Part shown: piece after piece, positions 28,854 to 38,429 of the stretch | Layout: every line of letters begins with the position of its first letter | Position numbering within the stretch: position 1 is the stretch's first letter | From: Gammaproteobacteria bacterium | GTDB lineage: Bacteria > Pseudomonadota > Gammaproteobacteria > Steroidobacterales > JABDLF01 | Length of the DNA stretch: 64,000 bases | Direction: 5' to 3' | Assembly: GCA_013003115.1 (NCBI GenBank) | Contig: JABDLF010000002.1 | Coordinates: 4,186 to 68,185 of the forward strand | Notes under the pieces: model-generated | What the model was told of the DNA's origin: nothing | The model's input: the letters and a program-made list of their open reading frames with translations, nothing else | Database searches by the model: none | Program-made: the position numbers and the translations under genes

Positions 28854-29933
28854 TTGAAGACTGTCGCTAATTTCAAAATACCCTACCTTCAGTGCATCGA
28901 TCCGAAAGGTAAGCCCGTTGGCAAACTACCCGGCTTCGCGGAAGATCCTGAGGAACTGCTCAGGATGTACCGCCTTATGAGCCTGACCCGGGTATTCGAC
29001 ACCAAGGCCATCAACCTGCAGCGAACAGGAAAGCTCGGGACCTACGCCTCGTGTCTGGGGCACGAGGCCGCCCATGTAGGCATGGGGGCGGCCATGGATA
29101 AAAATGACGTTTACGCACCCATGTATCGAGAGTATGGGGCGCAATTCTGGCGCGGCGTAAAAATGGAAGAAGTCCTGCTTTACTGGGGCGGTGACGAGAG
29201 AGGCAATGACTACGAGGTCCCCAGGCAGGATTTTGCCTGGTGCGTTCCCATCGCAACGCAGTTTCTGCATGCAGCGGGTGCTGCCATGGCATTCAAGCTG
29301 CGCGGAGAAAAGCGCTGCGCAGTAACATCAATTGGAGACGGAGGCACGTCTGAGGGCGCTTTCTACGAAGCCCTGAACGTTGCCGGCGTAACAAAGCTTC
29401 CGCTGGTGGGCGTCGTGGTTAACAACAAATGGGCGATTTCCGTACCCATCGAAATTCAAACCGCCTGCGAAACCCTGGCGCAAAAAGCCGTTGCAGCAGG
29501 CATTCCGGGAGTACAGGTCGATGGCAATGACGTTGTAGCCGTCCGGCATGCCATCGCAGAAGCCCTGAAACGGGCGCGTCATGGCGAGGGGCCGACCTTG
29601 ATCGAGATGCTGACCTATCGACTCAGCGACCACACGACGGCAGATGATGCGAGTCGCTATCGCAGCCAGGGAGAAGTCGACGACGCATGGAAGAACGAGC
29701 CGCTGCTGCGGATGCGCGCCTATTTGAAGGATATTGGCGCCTGGGACGATGAGCGCGAAAGTAAACTCATCAAGGATTGTCAGAAAAAAGTAGAGGCAGC
29801 GGTGCAGGCTTACCTCGATAGCCCGCCGCCGACGCCGGAGTCCATGTTTGATTACATGTACGCCGAGTTGCCCGAGGCTATGGAAGAGCAGCGCGATACG
29901 GCGATCGCATATTTCGGCAAGGGTGGGCACTGA
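28854..29933 (+). CDS. bkdA1: 2-oxoisovalerate (branched-chain keto acid) dehydrogenase E1 alpha subunit
   Basis: ThDP-dependent E1 alpha (MYRLMSLTRVFDTKAINLQRTGKLGTY, GDGGTSEGAFYEALN). TTG start at 28854, 6 nt after AGGAG. The branched-chain assignment rests on context (ldh, liu). Confidence 0.82.
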   Translation: MKTVANFKIPYLQCIDPKGKPVGKLPGFAEDPEELLRMYRLMSLTRVFDTKAINLQRTGKLGTYASCLGHEAAHVGMGAAMDKNDVYAPMYREYGAQFWRGVKMEEVLLYWGGDERGNDYEVPRQDFAWCVPIATQFLHAAGAAMAFKLRGEKRCAVTSIGDGGTSEGAFYEALNVAGVTKLPLVGVVVNNKWAISVPIEIQTACETLAQKAVAAGIPGVQVDGNDVVAVRHAIAEALKRARHGEGPTLIEMLTYRLSDHTTADDASRYRSQGEVDDAWKNEPLLRMRAYLKDIGAWDDERESKLIKDCQKKVEAAVQAYLDSPPPTPESMFDYMYAELPEAMEEQRDTAIAYFGKGGH

Positions 29934-29934
29934 C

Positions 29935-30912
29935 ATGGCGCGCGTAACCCTGATCGAAGCCGTTACCATGGCACTGGCCCACGAAATGGAGCGTGACGAT
30001 CGGGTGGTAGTGCTCGGCGAGGATGTCGGCGTCAATGGTGGCGTTTTTCGTGCAACCGCAGGCCTGCAGCAGCGCTTCGACAAACAGCGCGTCTGGGACA
30101 CGCCCCTCGCAGAGGGGATGATCGCAGGTATGTCGGTTGGCATGGCCGCGCAGGGCATGCGGCCAGTGGCAGAAATACAGTTCATGGGATTCATTTATCC
30201 GGCCGTCGATCAGATGATCAGCCACGCGGGAAGAATGCGGCATCGGACCCGGGGTCGCCTGAGTTGCCCCATGGTTCTGCGCGCGCCATTTGGCGGTGGC
30301 ATCCACGCGCCGGAACATCATTCAGAGAGTACAGAGGCACTGTTTGCACACATGCCGGGCATTCGTGTCGTAATTCCTTCCTCACCCGCGCGTGCATATG
30401 GCCTGCTGCTGGCGGCAATCCGAAATCCCGACCCCGTGGTTTTTCTCGAGCCGAAGCGTATTTATCGCCTTGCGAAGCAGGAAGTGGAAGATGACGGCGA
30501 GGCGCTGCCACTGGATGTCTGCTACACGCTGAGAGACGGCGACGATGTGACGCTTGTGACATGGGGCGCCATGATCCATGAAACCCAGAAGGCTGCGGCT
30601 CAGTTGTCAGACGAAGGCATTAGCTGCGAAGTGATTGATGTCGCCACGGTGAGCCCCATCGACATGGACACCATTCTGGAATCCGTGGAAAAGACAGGCC
30701 GCCTGGTCATTGTGCATGAGGCCGCTAAAAGCTGCGGGGTGGGCGCCGAGATTGCCGCGTCCGTTGCCGAGAAGGGGCTTTACGATTTGCAGGCACCAAT
30801 CCGTCGTATTACCGGTTACGACACGGTGATGCCATTGTTCCGGACCGAATGGGAATACATGCCAAGCGTGGCGCGCATCGTTGATGCGGTCCGCGCAACG
30901 CTGGAGGAGTGA
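29935..30912 (+). CDS. bkdA2: 2-oxoisovalerate dehydrogenase E1 beta subunit
   Basis: 325-aa transketolase-like E1 beta (MARVTLIEAVTMALAHEMERDDRVVVLGEDVG). The ATG lies 1 nt after the E1 alpha stop. Confidence 0.9.
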   Translation: MARVTLIEAVTMALAHEMERDDRVVVLGEDVGVNGGVFRATAGLQQRFDKQRVWDTPLAEGMIAGMSVGMAAQGMRPVAEIQFMGFIYPAVDQMISHAGRMRHRTRGRLSCPMVLRAPFGGGIHAPEHHSESTEALFAHMPGIRVVIPSSPARAYGLLLAAIRNPDPVVFLEPKRIYRLAKQEVEDDGEALPLDVCYTLRDGDDVTLVTWGAMIHETQKAAAQLSDEGISCEVIDVATVSPIDMDTILESVEKTGRLVIVHEAAKSCGVGAEIAASVAEKGLYDLQAPIRRITGYDTVMPLFRTEWEYMPSVARIVDAVRATLEE

Positions 30913-30915
30913 CGC

Positions 30916-32145
30916 ATGACGACCTTTAATCTCCCGGACCTTGGTGAAGGCCTTCCGGAAGCAGAAATCGTAACGTGGCACGTAAAGGAAGGCGACGAGA
31001 TCAGCACCGATCAGCCGCTCTTGTCGGTCGAGACGGCAAAGGCTGTTGTAGACGTGCCCTCTCCCGTGAGCGGCAAGGTGCTCAAACTCTACGCGGGTGA
31101 AGGCGACGTGGTTGAAACGGGTAAGCCACTTGTCGACTTCGTCGTTGCCGGGGAATCAGGCAAGACTGACGTCTCGTCGAAAAACGATGCGGGCGAGTCC
31201 AGTGCTCAGGCTGCGAGCAGCGATTCCGGCACGGTGGTGGGCAACATGCCCAGCAGCGACGAGACGCTGGTGGAAACAGCCAGAGCAGGAAGCAGAAGGC
31301 GTGCCAAAAAAACCGGTCGCGTAAAGGCTGCGCCTGCAGTCCGGGCCCTGGCCAAGAGTCTCGGTGTGGATCTCGCGAACGTCGAGGCAACGGGCAGGAA
31401 CGGGCTGGTTACCGCAAACGACGTGCGGGCCTATGCAAGCGACACACCCACTGCTTCGACCAAAGGGTCCGGCGTCACGGCCCGGCCTCAGCGTCTTAAG
31501 CCCTTAACCGGTGAGCCCGAGCGCCTTCGCGGCCCCCGCCGTGCCATGGCGCAAAGCATGAGCGCATCACGCGATCAGATTGCCCAGTGCACACTATTCG
31601 ATGACGCCGACATCCATGGCTGGGCGCCAGGCCAGGACATCACCGTGCGGATAATTCGCGCGCTGGTTGCCGGCTGCAAGGCTGAGCCCGCGCTCAACGG
31701 CTGGTATGACGGCGAGGCCATGACGCGCCGCCTGTTTGACCGTATTGATCTTGCCATGGCGGTGGATACGCCTGATGGCCTGATCGTGCCGGTGCTGCGT
31801 GACGTCGGAAGCAAGGATGCAGCGACCCTGCGTTCGGATCTGGATCGCATGAAGGTGGCCACCCGAGAGCGCAGCGTTGCGCCGGCCGACATGAAAAACC
31901 CCACCATTACGCTGTCGAATTTCGGCATGATGGCGGGCCGATATGCCTCGCCGGTGATCGTTCCGCCAATGATCGCCATTCTCGGAACCGGCGGCACGCG
32001 GCACGATGTCGTACCGGTGATGGGCGGCATAGAGGTCCACAAGCGCATTCCCCTGTCCCTGACTTTCGATCACCGTTGCGTCACGGGGGGAGAGGCATGT
32101 CGTCTGCTGGCCGCACTAATCGCAGATTTGCAGCGCGCCAATTAA
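30916..32145 (+). CDS. bkdB: Dihydrolipoamide acyltransferase (E2) of the branched-chain keto acid dehydrogenase complex
   Basis: 409 aa with a lipoyl domain (LLSVETAKAVVDVPSP), an E3/E1-binding domain (AAPAVRALAKSLGVDL) and a catalytic domain ending LTFDHRCVTGGEA. GGAGGAG RBS. Confidence 0.88.
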   Translation: MTTFNLPDLGEGLPEAEIVTWHVKEGDEISTDQPLLSVETAKAVVDVPSPVSGKVLKLYAGEGDVVETGKPLVDFVVAGESGKTDVSSKNDAGESSAQAASSDSGTVVGNMPSSDETLVETARAGSRRRAKKTGRVKAAPAVRALAKSLGVDLANVEATGRNGLVTANDVRAYASDTPTASTKGSGVTARPQRLKPLTGEPERLRGPRRAMAQSMSASRDQIAQCTLFDDADIHGWAPGQDITVRIIRALVAGCKAEPALNGWYDGEAMTRRLFDRIDLAMAVDTPDGLIVPVLRDVGSKDAATLRSDLDRMKVATRERSVAPADMKNPTITLSNFGMMAGRYASPVIVPPMIAILGTGGTRHDVVPVMGGIEVHKRIPLSLTFDHRCVTGGEACRLLAALIADLQRAN

Positions 32146-32296
32146 TCACCCGCCGACCGAAGATCGGCAAATTTGGTCCTGGATAGTCCGCTTTCCGGCT
32201 GAAAGCAGTTAAACTCTGTTTGCCTGCAGAACTGAACTCATGGAATTTCGTCGCGCCACCCTCAAATCGATGCTGAGGTAATGCGGAGCCCGGCCG

Positions 32297-35200
32297 ATGC
32301 CACAAAGAAGACTTTCAGACGCAAAAAATAAGATTCTTGAGAAGGTCATCGCCGAGGCAACTGCCCAGGCGGGCAAGCGGCCTCTTGTTAATATCGAAGA
32401 TTTCATTACGCTGTATTTCAAGAACGTGGCGGTTGAAGACCTGCGCGAGAGAAGCCCGGCCAACCTCGCAGGCATGGCACTTTCGCATCTTGATTTCGGC
32501 AGCCAGCGGAAACCCGGGCAGTCCCTTCATCGGTTCCTGAACCCTATTGCAAAGCGTGATGGTTGGAGTTCCCCTCATACCGTCCTGCAGATGGTCAATG
32601 ACGACATGCCATTTCTGGTGGATTCTCTCGGCATGGTTTTGAACCGGGCAGGACTCTCGATACACCTGACGCTTCACCCTGTTTTTCTGGTCAAGCGAAA
32701 CAAAGACAACAACATCACAAGCGTGGTTGCCCCCGATAAGACAGCGCGCGGGCAGAAGCCGGAGTCATTCGTTCAGATTATCTTTAATCGCATTGGCGAG
32801 GGTGAATTGGCGCAGAGCCTCGAGGGCGCCATTGCCGAAACGCTGGAAGATATCCGCCTCGCAACGGCCGACTGGCAGAAAATGCTCGAGGCAAGCCGCA
32901 GCACGCGCAAATTTTTGCGTGAAAATCCGCCGCCGCTGGATAAAAAGGCGCTCAAAGAGAGCGAAGAGTTGCTGGAGTGGATGGAACAGGACCATTTCAC
33001 CTACCTCGGGTATCGCGAATATGACCTGGTGACCGAGAACGGCGAAACGACGCTCGAGGCGAAGAAAGGCAGCGGACTCGGCATCCTGCGAGAGGAGCAT
33101 CGGCCACCCCCCGGGGGTGGCGCCAGAAGCAGCCAGCAGCTTGCCGAAGATATCCGCAAGCAGACCCGTAATCGCGAACTGCTGATCATCACCAAGGCCA
33201 ACTCGCTCTCAACCGTCCACCGACCTGGTTATCTCGACTACATAGGCGTAAAAATCTTCGACGCGGAGGGGCAGGTAACCGGCGAACGCCGTTTTCTTGG
33301 CCTTTTCACATCCGTGGCTTACAGCCGCAGCCCACGCGAAATCCCGCTGCTGCGATTAAAATTCGAGCAGATTATGCAACGCTCTGCCCTGCGCCCAAGC
33401 AGCCATGCGGGCAAGGCGCTCATGCATATACTGGAAAACTATCCGCGGGACGAATTCTTCCAGGGCACCGTCGAAGATCTTTTTCGAATCTCGATGGGAA
33501 TCAGCAGCCTCCAGGATCGGCAACGTATCCGCGTTTTTATACGCCGCGACGCCTTTCGCCGCTTTTTCTCGTGTCTCGTTTTCGTTCCAAGAGAGCAATA
33601 CAACACGGCGGTGCGCAAGAAAATTGAAGAGATACTCCGTGATACATTTGACGGCACTGCGGTGGATTCAACGCCGCAGCTCTCAGAGTCCGTGCTGGCG
33701 CGCGTTTATATCATCGTCCGCACAGAGCCAGGCGCCCAGCCAAGATTCAATATCCGCAGCATAGAAAAACGAATCACAGCTGCCGTAAGGTCCTGGCAGG
33801 ATCTGCTCGCAGAGACCATGATGGAGCGCTTCGGCGAACAGCGCGGCCTCGAACTTTTCGACAAATACGGCCGATGCTTTCCGGCCGCCTACGAGGAAGA
33901 TGTATCGCCGCGCGCCGCCAGCTTCGATATTGAAAAAATGGACGACCTGGGCGAAGACGCCAGTAGCCTCAGAATGAGCCTGTACCGGCCGCCAAGCTTC
34001 CCGGACAGCAACCTCCGCTTCAAGGTTTTTCATCGCCAGAATCCCATTCCTATCTCGGAAGCATTGCCGATGCTCGAGAATATGGGACTGAAGGTGATCA
34101 GTGAACGGCCCTATCGCGTCGAATTTGCGGATGGATCCACAATCTGGATTCAGGATTTCGAGATGGTCTACGCCCACAGCGTTATCGACCCGGGCAAGGT
34201 AAACGCGAAATTTCAGCAGGCTTTTTATCGGGCCTGGCGTGGTCAGACAGATAATGACGGTTTTAACCGCCTTGTTCTCGGCGCTGGTCTTTCGTGGCGG
34301 CAGGTGGCCGTGCTGCGCGCATACTGCAAGTATCTGCTGCAGACACGCTTGCCTTTCAGCCAGGCGTATATGGAAAACTCTCTCGGGCAAAACCCTGCGC
34401 TCAGCGCCACGCTCGTTCAGATTCTCGAATCGAGACACAATCCCGGTCTGAGCGCGAAAGCCAGAAACCGACGCACCGACAAGGCCAGGAAGCATCTTCT
34501 GGAACTGTTAGACGGCGTTGCAAGTCAGGATGATGACCGCATTCTGAGAAGTTTTCTCAGCGCCATTATGGCTACCTTGCGGACCAACTATTTCCAGCTG
34601 GATGAGGAAAGCGAAGAAACGCCTTACATCTCCTTCAAGCTTGATCCGCGCGAAGTTCCTGACCTGCCAAAGCCAAGACCGATGTTTGAGATTTTTGTTT
34701 ACTCACCACGAGTCGAAGGCGTGCATCTGCGCGGCGGCACAGTGGCTCGCGGTGGCCTGCGCTGGTCAGACCGCCGCGAAGACTTCCGCATAGAGGTTCT
34801 CGGCCTGATGAAGGCGCAAATGGTAAAGAACACCGTAATCGTGCCGGTTGGCGCCAAGGGTGGCTTCGTCGTGAAACAGCTTCCTACCGGCACCCGCGAA
34901 GAAGTTATGGCTGAGGTAGTCGATTGCTATAAGGTGTTTATTAACGGCCTTCTCGATCTGACCGATAACATCATCGACGACGCCGTGCGCCCACCCAAAA
35001 AACTTGTGCGTCATGACAACGACGACCCGTATCTCGTGGTCGCGGCGGACAAGGGGACAGCGACGTTTTCAGATATCGCCAACAGCGTCTCCATCGAACA
35101 TGGCTTCTGGCTGGGTGACGCATTTGCATCGGGCGGCTCGGTCGGATACGACCACAAGAAAATGGGCATTACTGCCCGAGGCGCGTGGGAATCGGTCAAA

Positions 35201-37138
35201 CGTCACTTTCGTGAAATTGGCGTAGACACACAGAAAGAAGTTTTTACCGCCGCCGGTATAGGCGATATGAGCGGCGACGTGTTCGGCAATGGCATGCTGC
35301 TTTCGCCGCATATCCGCCTGCAGGCGGCCTTCAATCACCTGCATATCTTTCTTGACCCGGATCCCGACCCCGCCAGCAGTTTTGCAGAGCGAAAGCGGCT
35401 GTTTGCACTGCCGCGATCGGGCTGGGATGACTACAACACAGAACTGCTGTCGAAGGGCGGCGGGATATTCTCGCGAAAAGACAAGCAGATAAAACCCAGC
35501 AAAGAAGTTCGCGCGATGCTCGACCTTAAGCAGGAATCGCTGACGCCCCAGGAATTGATTACTGCCATACTCAAAATGCGTGTCGATCTGCTGTGGAATG
35601 GCGGCATCGGGACGTATGTCAAAGCGAGCACCGAAGCCAACGCAGACGTCGGTGATCGCACCAACGACAGCGTGCGCGTTAACGGTTCAGACCTGCGGTG
35701 CAGAGTAATAGGCGAAGGCGGCAACCTGGGTTTCACCCAGCTGGGTCGGGTGGAATATACCCTCGCAGGCGGCAGAATGAATACCGACTTCATTGACAAC
35801 TCGGCGGGCGTGGACTGCTCGGACCGGGAGGTCAACATCAAGATACTCCTGAATCTCGTACGTCAGCACAAGCGCCTGACCGATGCCCGACGGCAACGAC
35901 TGCTGGCCGCAATGACTGACGAAGTAGGGCAACTCGTCCTGCGCAACAACTACCTGCAGAGTCAGGCAATAAGTATGCTCGAGACCCACGCCGCGGAGCG
36001 AGTAAACGAACACGCCCACGTTATTCGCGCCATGGAAAGGCGAAAAGAACTTGATCGTGCGCTCGAGGCGCTTCCGAATGAAGAAGAAATTGCCGAACGA
36101 CGGCGTAACCAGAGAGGTCTGACCCGGCCGGAACTCGCGGTATTACTTTCTTATAGCAAAATCAGTCTGTACAAAGACCTTTTGAAGTCGGACGTTCCCG
36201 AGGATGCTTATCTCGGCCTCGAACTCACTCGCTATTTTCCCGCGCCGTTGCAGAAACATCACAGCGAACTAATGGGCAAACATCGCTTGCGCCGCGAGAT
36301 TATTGCCAATGCGATCACCAACAGCATGATCAACCGCATGGGGCCGACCTTTGCCGATCGAATGCAGGAAGAAGCAGGCGCTGATGCGGCAAGCGTGGCG
36401 CGCGCCTACACCATCGCACGAGAAGCGTTCGGCATGCGAGAAATCTGGATAGATATCGAGAATCTCGATAACCAGGTGAATGCCCGTGTTCAATACGCGA
36501 TGATGTCCGAGACCACGCAGCTGCTCAAACACGCCACTCGCTGGCTGCTGGGCCCGCTGTGGAAATCGCTGAACATCGCCGATACCGTCGACCACTTTCT
36601 CCCGGGGGTGACCGAACTGTATGGCGTAATGAACAAGTTGCTGCTGGGCAGCGATCTTAAGCAGTTCCAGGAAACCCGGCAGCTCTATGTCAATATCGGC
36701 GTGCCAGAAACTCTGTCCGAACAGATCGCGTTATTGCCGGTGATGCGACCGGCACTCGACCTGGTTGAGGTCGCGAAGGCCACAGATGCAAGCGTTACGC
36801 GCATCGCGGATATTTACTTTTGCCTGGCCGAGGCAACGGGGCTCAACTGGCTGCGCAAGCAGATCGAGAAGCTTGCGGTTGATGGCCAGTGGCAGGCCGC
36901 TGCGCGGCATACGCTGCGCGAAAACCTTTACCAGATTCACCGCGGGCTGACCGCAGAGATTCAAAAGATTGCGCCGCGCAGGGAACCTGACGAGGCCGTG
37001 GAATTATGGGCGAGCGGTAACGCCCGGAAAGTCAGCCACGCGAAACAGGTGCTAAAAGAAATGCGCGCCTCCGCGAATATGGAATTCGCAACACTTTCAG
37101 TGGCTGTTCAGGAAATCAGAAGGCTGGAGAAGCAATGA
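32297..37138 (+). CDS. gdhB: NAD-specific glutamate dehydrogenase, large (about 180 kDa) class
   Basis: A 1613-aa single ORF whose size and sequence are typical of the giant bacterial NAD-GDH family (central GDH core with VGAKGGFV and GDMSGDVFGNGML motifs). Confidence 0.92.
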   Translation: MPQRRLSDAKNKILEKVIAEATAQAGKRPLVNIEDFITLYFKNVAVEDLRERSPANLAGMALSHLDFGSQRKPGQSLHRFLNPIAKRDGWSSPHTVLQMVNDDMPFLVDSLGMVLNRAGLSIHLTLHPVFLVKRNKDNNITSVVAPDKTARGQKPESFVQIIFNRIGEGELAQSLEGAIAETLEDIRLATADWQKMLEASRSTRKFLRENPPPLDKKALKESEELLEWMEQDHFTYLGYREYDLVTENGETTLEAKKGSGLGILREEHRPPPGGGARSSQQLAEDIRKQTRNRELLIITKANSLSTVHRPGYLDYIGVKIFDAEGQVTGERRFLGLFTSVAYSRSPREIPLLRLKFEQIMQRSALRPSSHAGKALMHILENYPRDEFFQGTVEDLFRISMGISSLQDRQRIRVFIRRDAFRRFFSCLVFVPREQYNTAVRKKIEEILRDTFDGTAVDSTPQLSESVLARVYIIVRTEPGAQPRFNIRSIEKRITAAVRSWQDLLAETMMERFGEQRGLELFDKYGRCFPAAYEEDVSPRAASFDIEKMDDLGEDASSLRMSLYRPPSFPDSNLRFKVFHRQNPIPISEALPMLENMGLKVISERPYRVEFADGSTIWIQDFEMVYAHSVIDPGKVNAKFQQAFYRAWRGQTDNDGFNRLVLGAGLSWRQVAVLRAYCKYLLQTRLPFSQAYMENSLGQNPALSATLVQILESRHNPGLSAKARNRRTDKARKHLLELLDGVASQDDDRILRSFLSAIMATLRTNYFQLDEESEETPYISFKLDPREVPDLPKPRPMFEIFVYSPRVEGVHLRGGTVARGGLRWSDRREDFRIEVLGLMKAQMVKNTVIVPVGAKGGFVVKQLPTGTREEVMAEVVDCYKVFINGLLDLTDNIIDDAVRPPKKLVRHDNDDPYLVVAADKGTATFSDIANSVSIEHGFWLGDAFASGGSVGYDHKKMGITARGAWESVKRHFREIGVDTQKEVFTAAGIGDMSGDVFGNGMLLSPHIRLQAAFNHLHIFLDPDPDPASSFAERKRLFALPRSGWDDYNTELLSKGGGIFSRKDKQIKPSKEVRAMLDLKQESLTPQELITAILKMRVDLLWNGGIGTYVKASTEANADVGDRTNDSVRVNGSDLRCRVIGEGGNLGFTQLGRVEYTLAGGRMNTDFIDNSAGVDCSDREVNIKILLNLVRQHKRLTDARRQRLLAAMTDEVGQLVLRNNYLQSQAISMLETHAAERVNEHAHVIRAMERRKELDRALEALPNEEEIAERRRNQRGLTRPELAVLLSYSKISLYKDLLKSDVPEDAYLGLELTRYFPAPLQKHHSELMGKHRLRREIIANAITNSMINRMGPTFADRMQEEAGADAASVARAYTIAREAFGMREIWIDIENLDNQVNARVQYAMMSETTQLLKHATRWLLGPLWKSLNIADTVDHFLPGVTELYGVMNKLLLGSDLKQFQETRQLYVNIGVPETLSEQIALLPVMRPALDLVEVAKATDASVTRIADIYFCLAEATGLNWLRKQIEKLAVDGQWQAAARHTLRENLYQIHRGLTAEIQKIAPRREPDEAVELWASGNARKVSHAKQVLKEMRASANMEFATLSVAVQEIRRLEKQ

Positions 37139-37404
37139 GTACGGACAGAACTGACGTCAGAATCCACTCTCACAACGTCAATAAAGATCAGGCAGAGAAC
37201 ACAGCGCGCTTTGGCCTGCGTATCAGTCTGCCGCCCGATGATACTTTTTCGGAAATTCTTGGCCCGAGCTGGACCAAGGAATGCTGGTACCGCACGGAAA
37301 CGGATCGCGACAACGCTATCAGGGAGTTCCGGCAGCAGCACCCCTACTACCGAATGGGTGACCGGCCTACGCTGGAAATTATGAAAATCAACCGCCCCGC
37401 CTGA
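37135..37404 (+). CDS. Hypothetical small protein, translationally coupled to gdhB
   Basis: 89-aa ORF whose ATG overlaps the gdhB stop (ATGA). Codon usage looks coding. I recognise no family. Confidence 0.45.
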   Translation: MSTDRTDVRIHSHNVNKDQAENTARFGLRISLPPDDTFSEILGPSWTKECWYRTETDRDNAIREFRQQHPYYRMGDRPTLEIMKINRPA

Positions 37405-37446
37405 AGGCCACGCAGCTTATGCAAAGGAACCGGAGGGAATAAAGCC

Positions 37447-37656
37447 TCAGCCACGCTCCCGGCGTTGGTCATTGCGCCAGATTTTGAGCTGCGCGGGCGC
37501 CTCAATGCCGACGCTCACAGATCCGCGGTGGGTCTCGCGCACCTCGATGATGATCTCGGCGTCGCGAAACAGTTCGCCAACAGTCATATTAAGATCCAGC
37601 GCCTCATCGGGAAATACCCTGATGGATTCACCGCGTTTTCTCTTTAGCGTTAGCAT
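37447..37656 (-). CDS. CsrA/RsmA family RNA-binding protein with internal insertion (RsmN/RsmF-like topology)
   Basis: 69 aa from MLTLKRKRGESIRV (compare E. coli CsrA MLILTRRVGETLMI) to VSVGIEAPAQLKIWRND (compare VRIGVNAPKEVSVHREE). About 17 extra residues lie between these segments and there is no C-terminal helix. The track ORF extends to 37707. Confidence 0.7.
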   Translation of the reverse strand: MLTLKRKRGESIRVFPDEALDLNMTVGELFRDAEIIIEVRETHRGSVSVGIEAPAQLKIWRNDQRRERG

Positions 37657-37777
37657 TTCTACCCCGTGGCTCATTGCCTGCAGCAGTCGGGCTTTTGCCC
37701 GACTCACAAACCACTTTGCCCTAACCGGCGGAAGAAAAATATCAGGAAAACCCCGATTTTTCGGTTGCGGGAATAAC

Positions 37778-38425
37778 TCACATATCCGGCGATATCAGGC
37801 CAACGCGGATTGCGAAGCGCACCAGGCCAGGAACATCGTAGATACCGAGCCGCTCCTGGAGCTGTGCCCGGTGGGTCTCAACCGTCTTTGTACTGACGTG
37901 CAGCATCTCAGCGATTTTACGCGTGGAATTGCCTTCCACGATCAGCTGCAGGATTTCCTTCTGCCGTGGCGTCAGCCGGTCGAGAGGATTTTTTGAGGAT
38001 TCAACGCGCCCCAGATAGTCATCGATTACCAATCGTGAAATAGCAGGACTCAGATAGGTGTCTCCGCCCGCCACAGTATCCAGTGCCTTCCTCAGCTCGG
38101 AGGTTGCGGATTCCTTCAGAAGATAACCCGATGCACCGGTTCGCAGCGCCTGCAAAACGTACTCTTCGTTGGAATGCATGGACAAAAATATGACCTTGGT
38201 CTCAGGGCAATCCCTGGCGATTCGCGCCGACGCCTGGAGCCCATTCAAACTTGGCATCGCAATATCCATGAGCACCACATCCGGCCGTTCTTTCTTTACC
38301 AGTGCAAGACCCTTGCGACCGTCGCCAGCCTCTCCGGCTACTTGAACATCGGGAAAACTTTTCAGCAATGCGCTGATACCGGCTCGCACCAGAGTATGGT
38401 CCTCACACAAGACTATGCGCATCAC
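37778..38425 (-). CDS. NarL/FixJ (LuxR-type HTH) response regulator
   Basis: 215 aa with an N-terminal REC domain (IVLCEDHTLVRAG ... DVVLMDIAMPSLNG) and a C-terminal LuxR HTH (LTPRQKEILQLIVEGNSTRKIAEMLHVSTKTVETHR). Confidence 0.9.
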   Translation of the reverse strand: MMRIVLCEDHTLVRAGISALLKSFPDVQVAGEAGDGRKGLALVKKERPDVVLMDIAMPSLNGLQASARIARDCPETKVIFLSMHSNEEYVLQALRTGASGYLLKESATSELRKALDTVAGGDTYLSPAISRLVIDDYLGRVESSKNPLDRLTPRQKEILQLIVEGNSTRKIAEMLHVSTKTVETHRAQLQERLGIYDVPGLVRFAIRVGLISPDM

Positions 38426-38429
38426 CTGC

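Noticed and set aside
32152-32168. Hairpin GCCGA-N7-TCGGC just after the bkdB stop, considered as a terminator.
   Set aside because: It has only a 5-bp stem, a 7-nt loop and no following T-run. That is too weak to annotate.
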